Shown here one piece after another: positions 12,133 to 24,150 of a stretch of 64,000 nt of DNA. Within the stretch, counting starts at the first letter, position 1. The number at the start of each line of letters is the position of its first letter. This DNA is from Octopus sinensis. Lineage: Eukaryota. The stretch spans positions 45,198,001 through 45,262,000 of the forward strand of contig NC_043005.1 in NCBI RefSeq assembly GCF_006345805.1, in the 5' to 3' direction. A model generated the notes under the pieces. The model was not told the origin of the DNA, ran no database searches, and saw only the letters and a list, made by a program, of their open reading frames with translations. A program made the translations under genes and the position numbers.

Positions 12133-12901
12133 CAAGTTCTGATCGAAAAGTATCAGGGCTATTGCTATAGTAACAGAGTTAAAGTACACAGAGTGAAGCT
12201 ACTTGGCACGAATTAACCTTGAACTTTGTCACACATGTACATTAAGTTATAACATTCTTGCTCACTTCGGTTGTTTATAGCAGTGCTTGAAAGTAAAGTG
12301 TGTAGAGTGGGGTTGTCTCAAAAAGAAGATTGGGCTTTAGCTGCACAGGATCTTCTTGACTGTGTCAAGGAAGACAAATACATTTTTGAAAATGGAAATA
12401 ACAGGGGGTAAATCGTGGGTCTGTGGTTATGGATCCCAAAACAAAGGAAAAAAGCGAATCCTGCTTGAAAGGAACATGACCTCAAGATGTCAAGGCAATC
12501 CAAGAGAATGCAACAAGGTAGCTGCTCAATATTCCTCAAAAAGAGTTTCAGGAATGCTTCCATCAATGGAAACGACAGTGGATAAAATACATGGCTTCAA
12601 GGCGATTAACCCTTTCATTACTGTATTTATTTTGAGATGCTCTGTGTTTCTTTCAATTACTTCAAATATAACAATGAATTTAGTAAAATAACTTAGTTAT
12701 CTTTCAGCCAGTGTTAGGAACGTAAATTGTGACTAAGGTTTGGTGGAAGATTTTTATTCAGAACTTATGAAAACAAGACATTTGTACTACAGAGCCAGAG
12801 CCGGTTTCAGCTGGGTTGGTAATGAAAGGGTTAAATGCCAAATTGATGAGATGTAGTATTTTTTTATAGAACCAGTACTGATACTTTTTGATCAGACCTT
12901 G
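12133..12901 (+). mobile_element. Internally deleted mariner transposon
   Basis: TA-flanked TIRs tacaagttctgatcgaaaagtatc / gatactttttgatcagaccttgta (22/24 match); remnants FLKMEITGGKSWVCGY (cf. IITGDESWVYGY) and EFQECFHQWKRQW. Confidence 0.9.
12610..12830 (+). mobile_element. piggyBac-like MITE family 1 nested in the mariner
   Basis: TTAA|ccctttcattac ... gtaatgaaaggg|TTAA. Confidence 0.9.
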
Positions 12902-13404
12902 TATTGTTTTAATCCTATTTTCATTTGTATGGAAATAAGCCACTTGCTCTTCATTAAACTTAGTCAATAAATTATTTATTTTGCAGAGGTTTCCCCACCC
13001 AACAAAATTTTTTCTTTCAAGGTTTTTTAAATTTTAGTCTGCTGAAGAATTTGCTATGGCAGTTCATATGAATTCATTTTCTTCAGTTGATGCCCAGACA
13101 TGGCTGTGTAGCAAAATGTCTGCTTGCAAACCACATGGTTCTGTTCACTCTCACTGCATGGAACCCAGGTAAGTGTCTTCTATTACAGCAAAGCAATTGG
13201 TACTTTAAGGAATAACTTTGATGCTACACTGATTGTACAGGCCATTGTTAAATCATTTCAGCAGCATATCAGTTTTTTGTTTCTATAAGAAGAGATCCCA
13301 TTTCTTTAAAAAGGAATTCTGTGAGCACTACCTAAAACTTTTCTTATGATAAGAACAGTGATGAATCTCTAAAAAAGAAAAAGATAAAGAAGAAACAATC
13401 TCAG

Positions 13405-13555
13405 TACTTGATTAGTTCTTTAATTATTAACCCTTAAAAGGATGGAAGGCAAAGTTGACTTCAGCAGGATTTGAAATCACAGTGCATGGAGCCAAAACAA
13501 GTGCTGCTAGTTATTCTATCAGAAGCTCTAAAGATTCTGTCAATTTGCTCCCTTT
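13405..13555 (-). mobile_element. SINE family B, diverged
   Basis: ggatggaaggcaaagttgacttcagcaggatttgaa is the reverse complement of the family B body. Confidence 0.75.
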
Positions 13556-14509
13556 TACAATTGAATATACTTAGCCCGTATAAAAAAATCGGACTTAAGA
13601 ATTTATAAATCCGTATTTTATTCACTAAATTATAGATAACACCTAACGTTTGATATGTAATTTAAGGTCATAAAGTATCTTATATCAATGAATTAATGTT
13701 GCTAGAAACGCATTAGTTGTTCTGAACAAGGAAGTTGCTTTCAAAGGATAAGTTATATAAAGTGTCAGATGTAAGGAGACTGCTATGTATCTGTTTGAAG
13801 GTTGTGATCTGGAAAATTAAGTTATAAAACTCTTTATACATCTATATTTCAGAAAAGAATTAAATTAAAGAGTTAAATACCTGAAGAGTTAGGAAAGATT
13901 AGACTATAAACTTCATTTTATGTATTTTTATTTCAGCTTGAGTATTCCTTGATTCTCAAGACTTCAGTATTTTGATTGGGTTAAACAAGACACTAAAAGA
14001 TATAAAAGGTTCATTATTTTTACTAATAATAGGCTTCTTTGAAGATTAGTTAACCTTCTTGCTCCACAAAAAAAAGAACCAAACCTATAACTCTGCCAGT
14101 GATCACATTCAGCTTTTCCTTTCTTTAGTTAGTTTATTTCCCACACAATATTGAGTGGCAAGCATATTGATCACTGCCAATTCCATGAAACTCTTAGCCA
14201 ATAGAATCTCTACAACCAATTTCCTTAGTTTTGATGAGCCAATAAGGGATGACTCTATATTATGGTCATTTGACTCACTAGAAATAGCAGCCAAATACAC
14301 CTAAGCTCAGAGCACATTCTCTCATCTTAACTAAGGGAAAAGACAACACTGTTGATCTACACAGTCTTGGAAAAAAAGGATAATGCCCTTAATCATAGGC
14401 CTATTGAAACAGGGTTAACTTGAGAAAAATCAAAACAACATTTGAAATGGCTATACCTAGATTAAATTTATATTTTTCCTCTTTCCTGGGCCCATTTTAC
14501 CATACTAAC

Positions 14510-14722
14510 CTCAAATTTTGGCACAAGGCCAGCAATTTCAGGGGAGGAGTAAGTGAATTACATCAACTCCCAGTGCTCAACTGGTACTTATTTATTGAAC
14601 CCAAAAGAACGAAAAGCAAATTTGACCTCAGCAGAATTTGAACTCAAAACGTGAAGACAGATGAAATGCCACTAAGCATTCTGCCCAGCATGCTACTGAT
14701 TCTGCCAGCTTGCTGCCTTGCC
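14510..14722 (-). mobile_element. SINE family B
   Basis: aaattttggcacaaggccagc...gcagaatttgaactc...ctaagcatt...gattctgccagcttgctgcctt. Confidence 0.85.
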
Positions 14723-15077
14723 CATTTTTACCATATTGCAAACTACGTTTATGGGAGAAATTCAGGACTTCTCTTCATCAACAAAACAAATATGGAGTTT
14801 TCTTTTACTGGTCCCAGTCATTGGATTGCAGCCATGCTAAGACAACAACATCGATGATTTTAGTTACATATATAACTTGCAATATTATTTCAGGATGATG
14901 CTTAGATTGCCAATCTTGATATACTGACTGGCAAGTTAATTTTGGAAAGTAAAAAGGTGCAACCTGAAATATACACAAAGACATATTCAAATGGAGACAT
15001 AAATACACACATGTATACATATATGTATGTACAAGTGTGTGTGTGTGTGTATGCATACATACATATACATATACATA

Positions 15078-15281
15078 TATCTGTAAATGTAATATGTGAC
15101 AATTATTCAGTAGCCAAGATAAAACTCCGAGTTTCGGATGCCAAGGTGGAAATCCACTCCACCATCTCTTCAGTTATCCGTCCATCTGAAGAGATGGTGG
15201 CGTGGATTTCCACCTCAGCATCCAAAACTCAGAGTTTTATCTTGGCTACCGAATAATTGTCACATATTACATTTACAGATA
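15078..15281. repeat. 204-bp foldback: two 96-bp arms (6 mismatches) around a 12-nt loop
   Basis: 15078-15173 compared base by base with the reverse complement of 15186-15281; mismatches at 15109, 15128, 15135, 15142, 15143 and 15158. Confidence 0.97.
15117..15179 (-). ncRNA. Type I hammerhead ribozyme, apparently complete
   Basis: Minus strand GGAUAA-CUGAAGA-GAUG..CAUCC-GAAA-CUCGGAG-UU-UUAUCU: stem I GGAUAA/UUAUCU, canonical core, stem II with a 1-nt bulge, short near-palindromic stem III, GUU triplet. Confidence 0.75.
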
Positions 15282-15464
15282 AATTCCTCTATTTACATAA
15301 TATCGAGGTCTCTTTCTTTCTTTTGTTATCTTACCGATTTTATCAATATATATATATGTGTGTGTGTCTGTGTGTGTGTATGTATGTATGTATATATATA
15401 TATAACCCATCCCATGATGGAAGATGGACGTTAAATGATGGTGATGATTATATATAGAAATAGG

Positions 15465-15499
<35 letters not shown>

Positions 15500-16039
15500 A
15501 TAGATACTGTAAGAAGCCCATTATATGAGTTTTTGTTTGTGCCCTGCACTGCTTGTGAACCAGTGCTGGTTTGTTTATATCCCTGTAACTTAGTGGTTCA
15601 GCAGAGCAGAATCATGAAACAAGTGCCAGGCTTTAAAAAATACAATAAGAACTGGGGCTGATTTGTTCGACTAAATCTTTCAAGTATAAGATAAAAGATA
15701 AAGACACACACACACACACACGCACACACACATATGTGTTGTCCCTCCTTGTACGTGGTACTCTATATGTACAATCTCACTTTAGCATGGTTTTGATTAT
15801 GTTCAATTTTTTTACCGCTATAAGTATATCATATGATATACTGCTTCATCATTTCACCATTGCTGCTCGAGTATTTTCTTTTTTTAGTTTCGCTTTCATT
15901 TTCTTATATTTCATTTCTTAAACAGAGAGAAAGAGAGCACACTAAAGTAGTTAAATATAACTTAGGTTATACTTATTTTTTGTGTTTTATTAAATGATTT
16001 TGAGATTAAATGATGGTGTTTCATATGTTAAACTAAAAA

Positions 16040-16425
16040 TGGATGAAAGGTTGAATTTTCTAGAAATGAAAATTGAAATATTAAATCAACTTCAGAATGA
16101 ACAGGGCTTGACAGAAACCACTAGACAGTTTAATATAAGTGAAGCGACTGTTTGAATAATAAAATGAACTGAAGGAAAGAAAGATCAAAGCAAATATAAT
16201 CACATAAATTTGTAATAATATTATGTAAACAATGGTAAAAAAAGGTTTATTGTTTTGGATAGAAGATAAAATTCCAAAAGTATTGCTTATGAACAGCTTG
16301 CTATATGGCAAAGAGCTGTGAGAACTTTTAATTTGATCAACATTATAAATCAAAAAAGAAATTAACTACCTGTATTTTGAGCAGTAAGGATTGGCGTATA
16401 AAAATGCTTTTAAACTGGTGCTTTC

Positions 16426-16457
<32 letters not shown>

Positions 16458-16660
16458 TCAAATTGCATAGTGAAAGCAGATCAAGTGACAAGGAAACAAT
16501 GTAAGAATTTGTATCAGAATTAGTTAAAATAATAGGTTTCTATTGAAAAATAAATTTAATGCTGATGAAACTCATCTATTCTGGGATAAAACACCAAAAA
16601 GAACTTTTATATCAAGATCAGGAAAATGGTTAGCAAATTAAAAGCATATAAAAATTAAGT
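16040..16660 (+). mobile_element. Tigger/pogo transposase remnant
   Basis: LEMKIEILNQLQNEQGLTETTRQFNISEATV (psq-like HTH), KLHSESRSSDKE, FNADETHLFWDKTPKRTFIS; stops, frameshifts and a (TA)n interruption. Confidence 0.8.
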
Positions 16661-16699
16661 CACATAAATATCATGCAGATGTATTTTCTTATGTGCTAC

Positions 16700-17108
16700 C
16701 TGTTTCAGTCATTTGACTGTGGCCATGCTGGAGCACTGTCTTGAAATGTTTTAGTCGAACAAATCAACCTCAGAAATTTTTTTTTTTTTGAAGCTTAGTA
16801 CTTATTCTCTCAGTCTCTTTTGTCGAACTGCTAAGTTACAGGGATGTAAACAGACCAACACCAGTTGTCAAGCAGTGGTTGGGGATAAACACAGACATAG
16901 AGACTCACACATAGATATTTACATATGTGTGTGTATGTGTGTGTGTGTGTGTGTGTATACAATGGGCTTCTTTCAGTTTCTTACTACCAAATCCACTCAC
17001 AAGGCTTTGGTTGGCCTGAGGCCATAGTAGAAGACACATGCCCAAGGTGCCATGAAGTGGGACTGAACCTGGAACCATGTGATTGAGAAGCAAGCTTCTT
17101 ATCACACA
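16700..17108 (-). mobile_element. SINE family A
   Basis: Near full-length reverse-complement copy with central (TG)n. Confidence 0.9.
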
Positions 17109-17338
17109 TATGATAATTTTTATCCTCGTTTCAATAAATAGTTGTTTAGATTTTGTTCTATTTTTACTATTGCTAAATATCATTAACCATATCTTTCTTG
17201 ATTTACACAACATCAATGTGCATAGTGACTCATGGAATTGATCTACTCAGTAAACCAATGGAAAACTGTAAAGACACACGCACACATACATACATACATA
17301 CATACATACATACATACATACATGGTTCACCTTTAAAT

Positions 17339-17680
17339 CAATGGTTTTCAACTGGGGTCCATGTAGCCCCTGATGGTCCATAAAACATTTTTGGAAGTCC
17401 GCACAACAAAATAATAAATTGGGGATCCACAATAGTATTTTGCGGGCCCTGAAAAAATTTTGCTTTTGATGTAAGTTTTGGCATGTATTGCAAGAAACGG
17501 CCAGGGTTCTTTCTCTAACATTTTTCTTAGTTCAACCGATACAAGTCAATGAGTGAAAAGCAAAATAAGAAACAAGATTTGAAAGACTAGTTTTTAAACA
17601 CTGAATGGGTATGGGTGTCCACCAGAATAAAATAGTAATCTGAGGAATCCATAGATAAAAAAAATGGTTGAGATTCCTTG
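17339..17680. mobile_element. hAT/Charlie-like MITE
   Basis: Ends caatggttttcaac / gttgagattccttg; imperfect 8-bp TSD ctttaaat/tttaaaat. Confidence 0.7.
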
Positions 17681-18391
17681 TTTAAAATCATTGGTCAATG
17701 GTGTTGCAGAGAAAGGAACTTAACCACCTCTGCTATGCCTGGGCTGTTTCCAGAACCAAATGCCTAGGCCTCAAGAACACTTACTTTCTCTTCGCTTTTA
17801 GTTACCCCACCAGGGAAAAGCAAGTCAGTACATTCACAGCATCCAAGGAGTCACAGGGCATGCCAGATGATGGTAAAAACGTAACCATACATATCTGCTT
17901 TAGGAATCCACCCTTATGATTTTCTGTGAGGATTTATTTCCTTTACCCTTTTAAAACACTCAACAAATTACCTCTCATGACAACAGAAGTTTATTATTAT
18001 AGTGTGCATGGTTTCTTTTATGAAGAACCAGTTCCGTGTTGTCATTTCTCAAAACTTGTATTGGTCTGATGCAACAAGTGCCATGAATTCAGTAGTTATC
18101 AGGATGCAAGATTTGTATGGAGTTATCTTCTCTTAGATGGGCAGCTCAAGAGTTGAAGGGCTTTATTTGCCATGAGTTCACTGAAGAATCTGTGAGTAAC
18201 CAGCAACTGGAGACAATTCCATGAAATGCTAATTAACCCATAGCTGAGACCCTGACAGGTGCTACTATCCTGATTAGAATAGATGTGGGAGTAACAGTGG
18301 CTAAGAGGTGGTCCCACACTATGCAGCACCCTGGAACTCCTAAAACAGGGCCCTACTACTAGATGCAGTTTAAAGTCATACATTCATACAT

Positions 18392-18428
<37 letters not shown>

Positions 18429-18671
18429 CGCACACACACACACAAAATGGTCATTCACATTATATCATACACTGGACCAAATTTTACTCACAGATATTGG
18501 TCAAACCAAGCCAACAACAGAAAACATTAGTCCAAGCTTACAGCACATTAGGATTTAGTCTAGAACCATAAGGCTGCAAAGAGAGCTTCCTTATCACATA
18601 ATTATTTTTTTTCTTACTCATTTCAGTCATAGGACTGCACCCATGCTGGAGCACCACATTGAAGGGTTTAA

Positions 18672-18891
18672 CCCTTTTGTTACCAACCCAGCTGAAATCA
18701 GCTCTGGCTCTGAATACAAATATCTCGTTATCATAAGTTTTGAATTAAAATCTTCCACCAAACCTTAGTCACAATTTGTGTTCCTAACACTAGCTTAATG
18801 ATAACTAAGTTATTTTACTAAATTCTTTGTTATATTTAAAGTAATTGAAAGAAACACAGAGCATCTCAAAATAAATACAGTAACAAAAGGG
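18672..18891 (-). mobile_element. piggyBac-like MITE family 1 nested in a SINE A 3' fragment
   Basis: TTAA|cccttttgttac ... gtaacaaaaggg|TTAA; reverse complement of 12610-12830. Confidence 0.9.
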
Positions 18892-19059
18892 TTAATCAAA
18901 TAAATCGACCACAGTATTTATTTACATTTTTAAATCTGGTATTTATTCTATTGACCACTTTTGCCACACCCGTAAGTTACTGGGACATAAACAAACTAAT
19001 ACCAATTGTCAAGCAATGGAAGGAGACAAGAACAAACACAAAGACACATAGTTTTCTAT

Positions 19060-19300
19060 TAAAGCTATAGCTGGTTACCTTCTTTTGGTGATTCTTATCT
19101 CCAAATGATACAGTCATTTCTTTGATGATTCCATTATTATCACTAACTCGAGTCAAACTGAAATCGTTAATTATCTCAAATTGCTGAATGTGTCTGACCC
19201 AACCTGCAAGCATCATCTGCTGAAATTGCATGTTTTCTAATATCTTAGACTGATGAGAAGGATTTAACTGTCCATCAATCAGTTGCATTTGTATAAGGTC
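19060..19300 (-). mobile_element. Possible decayed REL-endonuclease non-LTR retrotransposon fragment
   Basis: WVRHIQQFEII and IIKEMTVSFGDKN loosely resemble the WRHxQVL and IELTVPxE motifs; weak. Confidence 0.3.
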
Positions 19301-19916
19301 ATCTGGTCATCCTCTCCAGACTGTTTTCCTGTTCCCAGCTTGTCAAATTCACAGAAACAGACAGCTTCTCTATATCTTTCTTAATGCTTTTGAATAGATT
19401 CTGATGGTATTTGCCTTGAAGCTAAAAACACCATGTTCCTGCAGCCATAATCAACTTCTTTGGCCTCGTCAATGATATTATTGTTTCCTTTATATCTTCA
19501 CATTTCATTTCTTCCAACACTTTAGGATATACCATTATTGAGACTCTTTTAATGTTCTCTACTCCTGCTTTCGATATTTACTTGGATTCATCATTGTCCA
19601 GCGTCTTTTTTCATTCTTGCAGTAGCTAATAAACACCTTAACCAAGCTTCAGTCAAATCTGGACCAGATAAAATCAATTCTCCATATCTTGTTGGCAATG
19701 CCATTGTTGTGTCATATTGTATTGTACTAATCAAAAGATTGCACTGCAGACACGTTTCCATTCTTGAATAGCTTTGATCAGCTTACATACATGCTATTAC
19801 AACTTGCATAACAATGACTTTGCTGTTGTTATCTTTTATAATGCTGAACCTGGTCCATCTATTGTTCCTTGTTGTAAGTGACCATCATTACTTGTTATTA
19901 TTAGTCAGCATTAGAC

Positions 19917-20241
19917 AGCAAGCTGGCAGAATCATTAGCATACCAGGCAAAATGCTTAGTGACATTTCATTTCTCTTTACATTCTGAGTTCAAATTCTGC
20001 CGAAGTCCACTTTGCCTTTCATCTTTTCGAAGTTGATAAAATAAATACCAGTTGAGTACTGGGGTCAAAGTAATCAATGTAGGCATAGGAGTGGCTGTGT
20101 GGTAAGTAGCTTGCTTACGAACGACATGGTTCCGAGTTCAGTGCCAAGAGTCTGCTACTATAATCTCGAGCCGACCAAAGCCTTGTGAGTGGATTTGGTA
20201 GACAGAAACTGAAAGAAGCCCGTCGTATATATGTATATATA

Positions 20242-20294
<53 letters not shown>

Positions 20295-21129
20295 TTGTGT
20301 GTCTGTGTTTGTCTTCCCAACATCGCTTGACAACTGATGCTGGTGTGTTTACGTCCCTGTAACTTAGTGGTTCGGCAAAAGAGACCGATAGAATAAGTAC
20401 TAGACTTACAGAGAATAAGTGCTGGGGTCAATTTGCTCGACTAAAAGGCGGTGCTCCAGCATGGCCACAGTCAAATGACTGAAACAAGTAAAAGAGTAAA
20501 AGAGTAACTATTCTCCTTCCCCAAATTTCATAGTCAACATTAGGCAGTGAGCTGGCAGCATCATTAATATGTCAGGCAAAATGCTTTTAGCGGCATTTCA
20601 TATGTCTTTACGTTTTGAGTTCAAATTCTGTCAAGGTCCACTTTGCTTTTCATCCTTTGAAGGTCAATAAGATAAGTGCCAGTTGAACAACTGGGGTCAA
20701 TGTAATCAATTTAGCCCCTTCCCTGAGATTGCTGGCCTTATGCCAAAAGTTGATATTAATATTAGTCACCAGTACAAGACATTCTGCCGAGGTCCACTTT
20801 GCCTTTCATCCTTTTGGGGTCGATTAAATAAGTACCAGTTATGCACTGGTGTCGATATAATCGACTTAATCCGTTTGTCTGTTTTGTTTGTCCCCTCTGT
20901 GTGTAGCACCTTGTGGGCAGTAAAGAAATAAGAATCGTTAGCATGCCAGGCAAAATGCTTAGCAGCGTTTTATCCATCATTATGCTTTGAGTTCAAATGC
21001 CACTGAGGTCAACTTTGCCTTTCATCCTTTCTGGGTCAATAAAATAAGTACCAGTTGAGCACTGGGGTCACTGTAATTGATTTATCCACTATTCCAAAAT
21101 TACAGGACTTGTGCCAAAATTTGAAACCA
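19917..21129 (+). mobile_element. Head-to-tail SINE cluster: four family B copies or fragments plus one nested family A
   Basis: B copies start near 19917, 20543, 20775 and 20931; the first is interrupted by family A at 20079. Confidence 0.85.
20079..20504 (+). mobile_element. SINE family A, full length
   Basis: A-box-like tggctgtgtggtaag, B-box-like gagttcagt, (TG)n core, tail aagtaaaagagtaaaagag. Confidence 0.92.
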
Positions 21130-21704
21130 TTATAATTACTGCTGTTGTTGTTGTTGTTGTTGTTGTTGTTGTCATCGTCGTCATCATCACCATCATCACT
21201 GTGGTGAGGAGGAGGATGTAATTGATGATAATTATAACATATTTACATTGTCTAAAATTACAAGACTCCGATTTTCATTTATTTATTTTATTTTCACTTT
21301 CCATTGACCTATGCTATATTTATGTGCTTATTGGTATATATCACCATGAATTCAGCAACAATTTGGTGTTGGTAGATGTTATGTAAGTATCTCCCAGCAA
21401 GGTTGCTCACCTATACAGATTGAACTTAGAAATTTTAACTATTTACTTTTTAACTATTCACATACCATAAAGATATCACCTTTAAAAGTAGTTTCAAATG
21501 AAAGAATACTTAAACACTGGAAAAGGTGTGCAAAACTAGGTTAAGAGCAAATGTATTGAATAACTGATGCGTATGCATATATATATGCATAGACATTTAC
21601 ATGAGTGTATCGTTGGTATAGGTGTAAGGAAATATTTAACCCCTACACAGCTATGTGTAAGCATGTGTGTGTGTGTATACATATATATATATATATATAT
21701 ATAT

Positions 21705-21862
21705 CCCCCACAGTTGAGGGAACCTGTGGAAGAGGTAGACCCAGGAAAACCTGGGACGAGGTGGTGAAGCACGACCTTCGAACTTTAGGTCTCACCAAGG
21801 AAATGACTGAAGACCGAGTCCTATGGAAGTGTGCTGTGCATGAGAGGACCCGGCAGGACTAG
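21705..21862 (+). mobile_element. RTE-clade LINE ORF2 C-terminus, 5'-truncated
   Basis: PTVEGTCGRGRPRKTWDEVVKHDLRTLGLTKEMTEDRVLWKCAVHERTRQD*, the typical RTE GRPRKTW end. Confidence 0.9.
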
Positions 21863-24150
21863 TCAGGCCATATCCCGTGGCCCCTACCTGGGACGTAGTC
21901 GATCCACCTGTGCATACCTTCCTTCTTGTGACACTTGTGAAGACCTGCTGAGGCAAGTGAAAATCAATCAAAATAGATGAACATCAATGGAATTTGTATC
22001 TTTGTGGTACCAGTGCCTGTGGCACACAAGAAAACCATCCGAACGTGGCCGTAGCCAGTACCGCGTCGACTCGCCTCCGTGATGTGGGAACATGGTGGCA
22101 CATAAAAACACCATCCGAAGACCCGGCAAGACTAGTCAGGTCATAACCCGTGGGCCCTACCTGGGACGTAGTCAGTCCACCTGTACATACCTTCCTTCTT
22201 GCGACACTTGTGAAGACCTGTTGAGGCAAGTGAAAATCAAAACAAATCAAAATAGATGAACATCAATGGAATTTGTGTCTTTGTGGTACCAGTTCCGGTG
22301 GCACACAAGAATCCATCTGAACGTGGCCGTAGTCAGTACCGCTTGTGATACCAGTGCCGGTGGCACACAAGAATCCATCCGAACGTGGCCGTAGTCAGTA
22401 CCGCATCACTGGCCATCGTGCTGTGGGCACATAACAAACACCATCCGGTCGTGGCCGTTCACCAGCCTCATCTAGCACCTGTGTCGGTGGCACATAAAAA
22501 GTAGTCAGTACCGCTTGTGGTACCAGTGCCGGTGGCACACAAGAATCCATCCGAACATGGCCGTAGTCAGTACCGCATCACTGGCCATTGTGCTGTGGGC
22601 TCATAACAAACACCATCCGGTCGTGGCCGTTCGCCAGCCTCATCTAGCACCTGTGTCGGTGGCACATAAAAACACCATCCGAAGACCCGGCAAGACTAGT
22701 CAGGCCATAAACCATGGCCCCTACCTGGGACGTAGTCAGTCCACCTGTGCATACCTTCCTCCTTGTGATACTTGTGAAGGCCTGTTGAGGCAAGTGAAAA
22801 TCAAAATCAAAATCAAATCAAAACAAATCAAAATAGATGAACATCAATGGAATTTGTATCTTTGTGGTACCAGTGCCGGTGGCACACAAGAGAAAACCAT
22901 CCGAAAGTGGCCGTAGCCAGTACCGCATCGACTGGCCTCCGTGCTGTGGGCACATGACAAACACCATCCGATCGTGGCCGTTCGCCAGCCTCATCTAGCA
23001 CCTGTGTCGGTGGCACATAAAAACACCATCCGAAGACCCGGCAAGACTAGTCAGGCCATAACCCATGGCCCCTACCTGGGACGTAGTCAGTCCACCTGTG
23101 CATACCTTCCTCTTGTGACACCTGTGAAGACCGGTTGAGGCAAGTGAAAATCAAAATCAAAATCAAAACAAATCAAAATAGATGAACATCAATGGAATCT
23201 GTATCTTTGTGGTACCAGTGCCGGTGGCACACACTTTGTGGTACCAGTGCCGGTGGCACACAAGAGAACCATCCGAACGTGGCCGTAGCCAGTTCCGCAT
23301 CGACCGGCCTCCGTGCTGTGGGCACGTAACAAACACCATCCGATCATGGCCGTTCGCCAGCCTCATCTGGCACCTGTGTCGGTGGCACATAAAAAACACC
23401 TTCCGAAGACCCGGCAAGACTAGTCAGTCCACCTGTGCATACCTTCCTCTTGTGACACCTGTGAAGACCGGTTGAGGCAAGTGAAAATCAAAATCAAATC
23501 AAATCAAATCAAAATAGACAAAATAGATGAACATCAATGGAATTTGTATCTTGTGGTACCAGTGCCTGTGGCACACAAGAAATCCATCAGTGCTGTAGTC
23601 AGTGCGGTGGGCACATGACAAACCCCATCCGATCGTGGCCGTTCACCAGCCTCATCTAGCACCTGTGTCGGTGGCACATAAAAACACCATCCGAAGACCC
23701 GGCAAGACTAGTCAGGTCATAACCCGTGGGCCCTACCTGGGACGTAGTCAGTCCACCTGTGCATACCTTCCTTCTTGTGACACTTGTGAAGACCTGTTGA
23801 GGCAAGTGAAAATCAAATCAAAACAAATCAAAATAGATGAACATCAATGGAATTTGTATCCTTGTGGTACCAGTGCCGGTGGCACGTGGCACACAAGAAA
23901 ACCATCCGAACGTGGCCGTAGCCAGTACCGCATCGACTGGCCTCCGTGCTGTGGGCACGTAACAAGCACCATCCGATCGTGGCCGTTTGCCAGCCTCATC
24001 TGGCACCTGTGTCGGTGGCACATAAAAACACCATCCGAGCGTGGCCGTTTGCCAGCCTCGTCTGGCACCTGTGTCGGTGGCACATAAAAACACCATCCGA
24101 GCGTGGCCGTTTGCCAGCCTCGTCTGGCACCTGTGTCGGTGACACATAAA
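21851..24150 (+). repeat. Tandem array of six RTE stop/3'UTR/(AAATC)n composite units
   Basis: cggca(a/g)gactagtcag starts at 21851, 22124, 22688, 23039, 23412 and 23700. Confidence 0.95.

Noticed and set aside
20079-20150. tRNA genes at SINE heads
   Set aside because: A/B-box-like motifs only; no complete cloverleaf, and the sequence continues into the SINE body.
21851-24150. CRISPR-like or ribozyme-bearing (retrozyme) array
   Set aside because: Units are RTE 3'UTR derivatives without unique spacers, and no CUGANGA/GAAA core was found on either strand.
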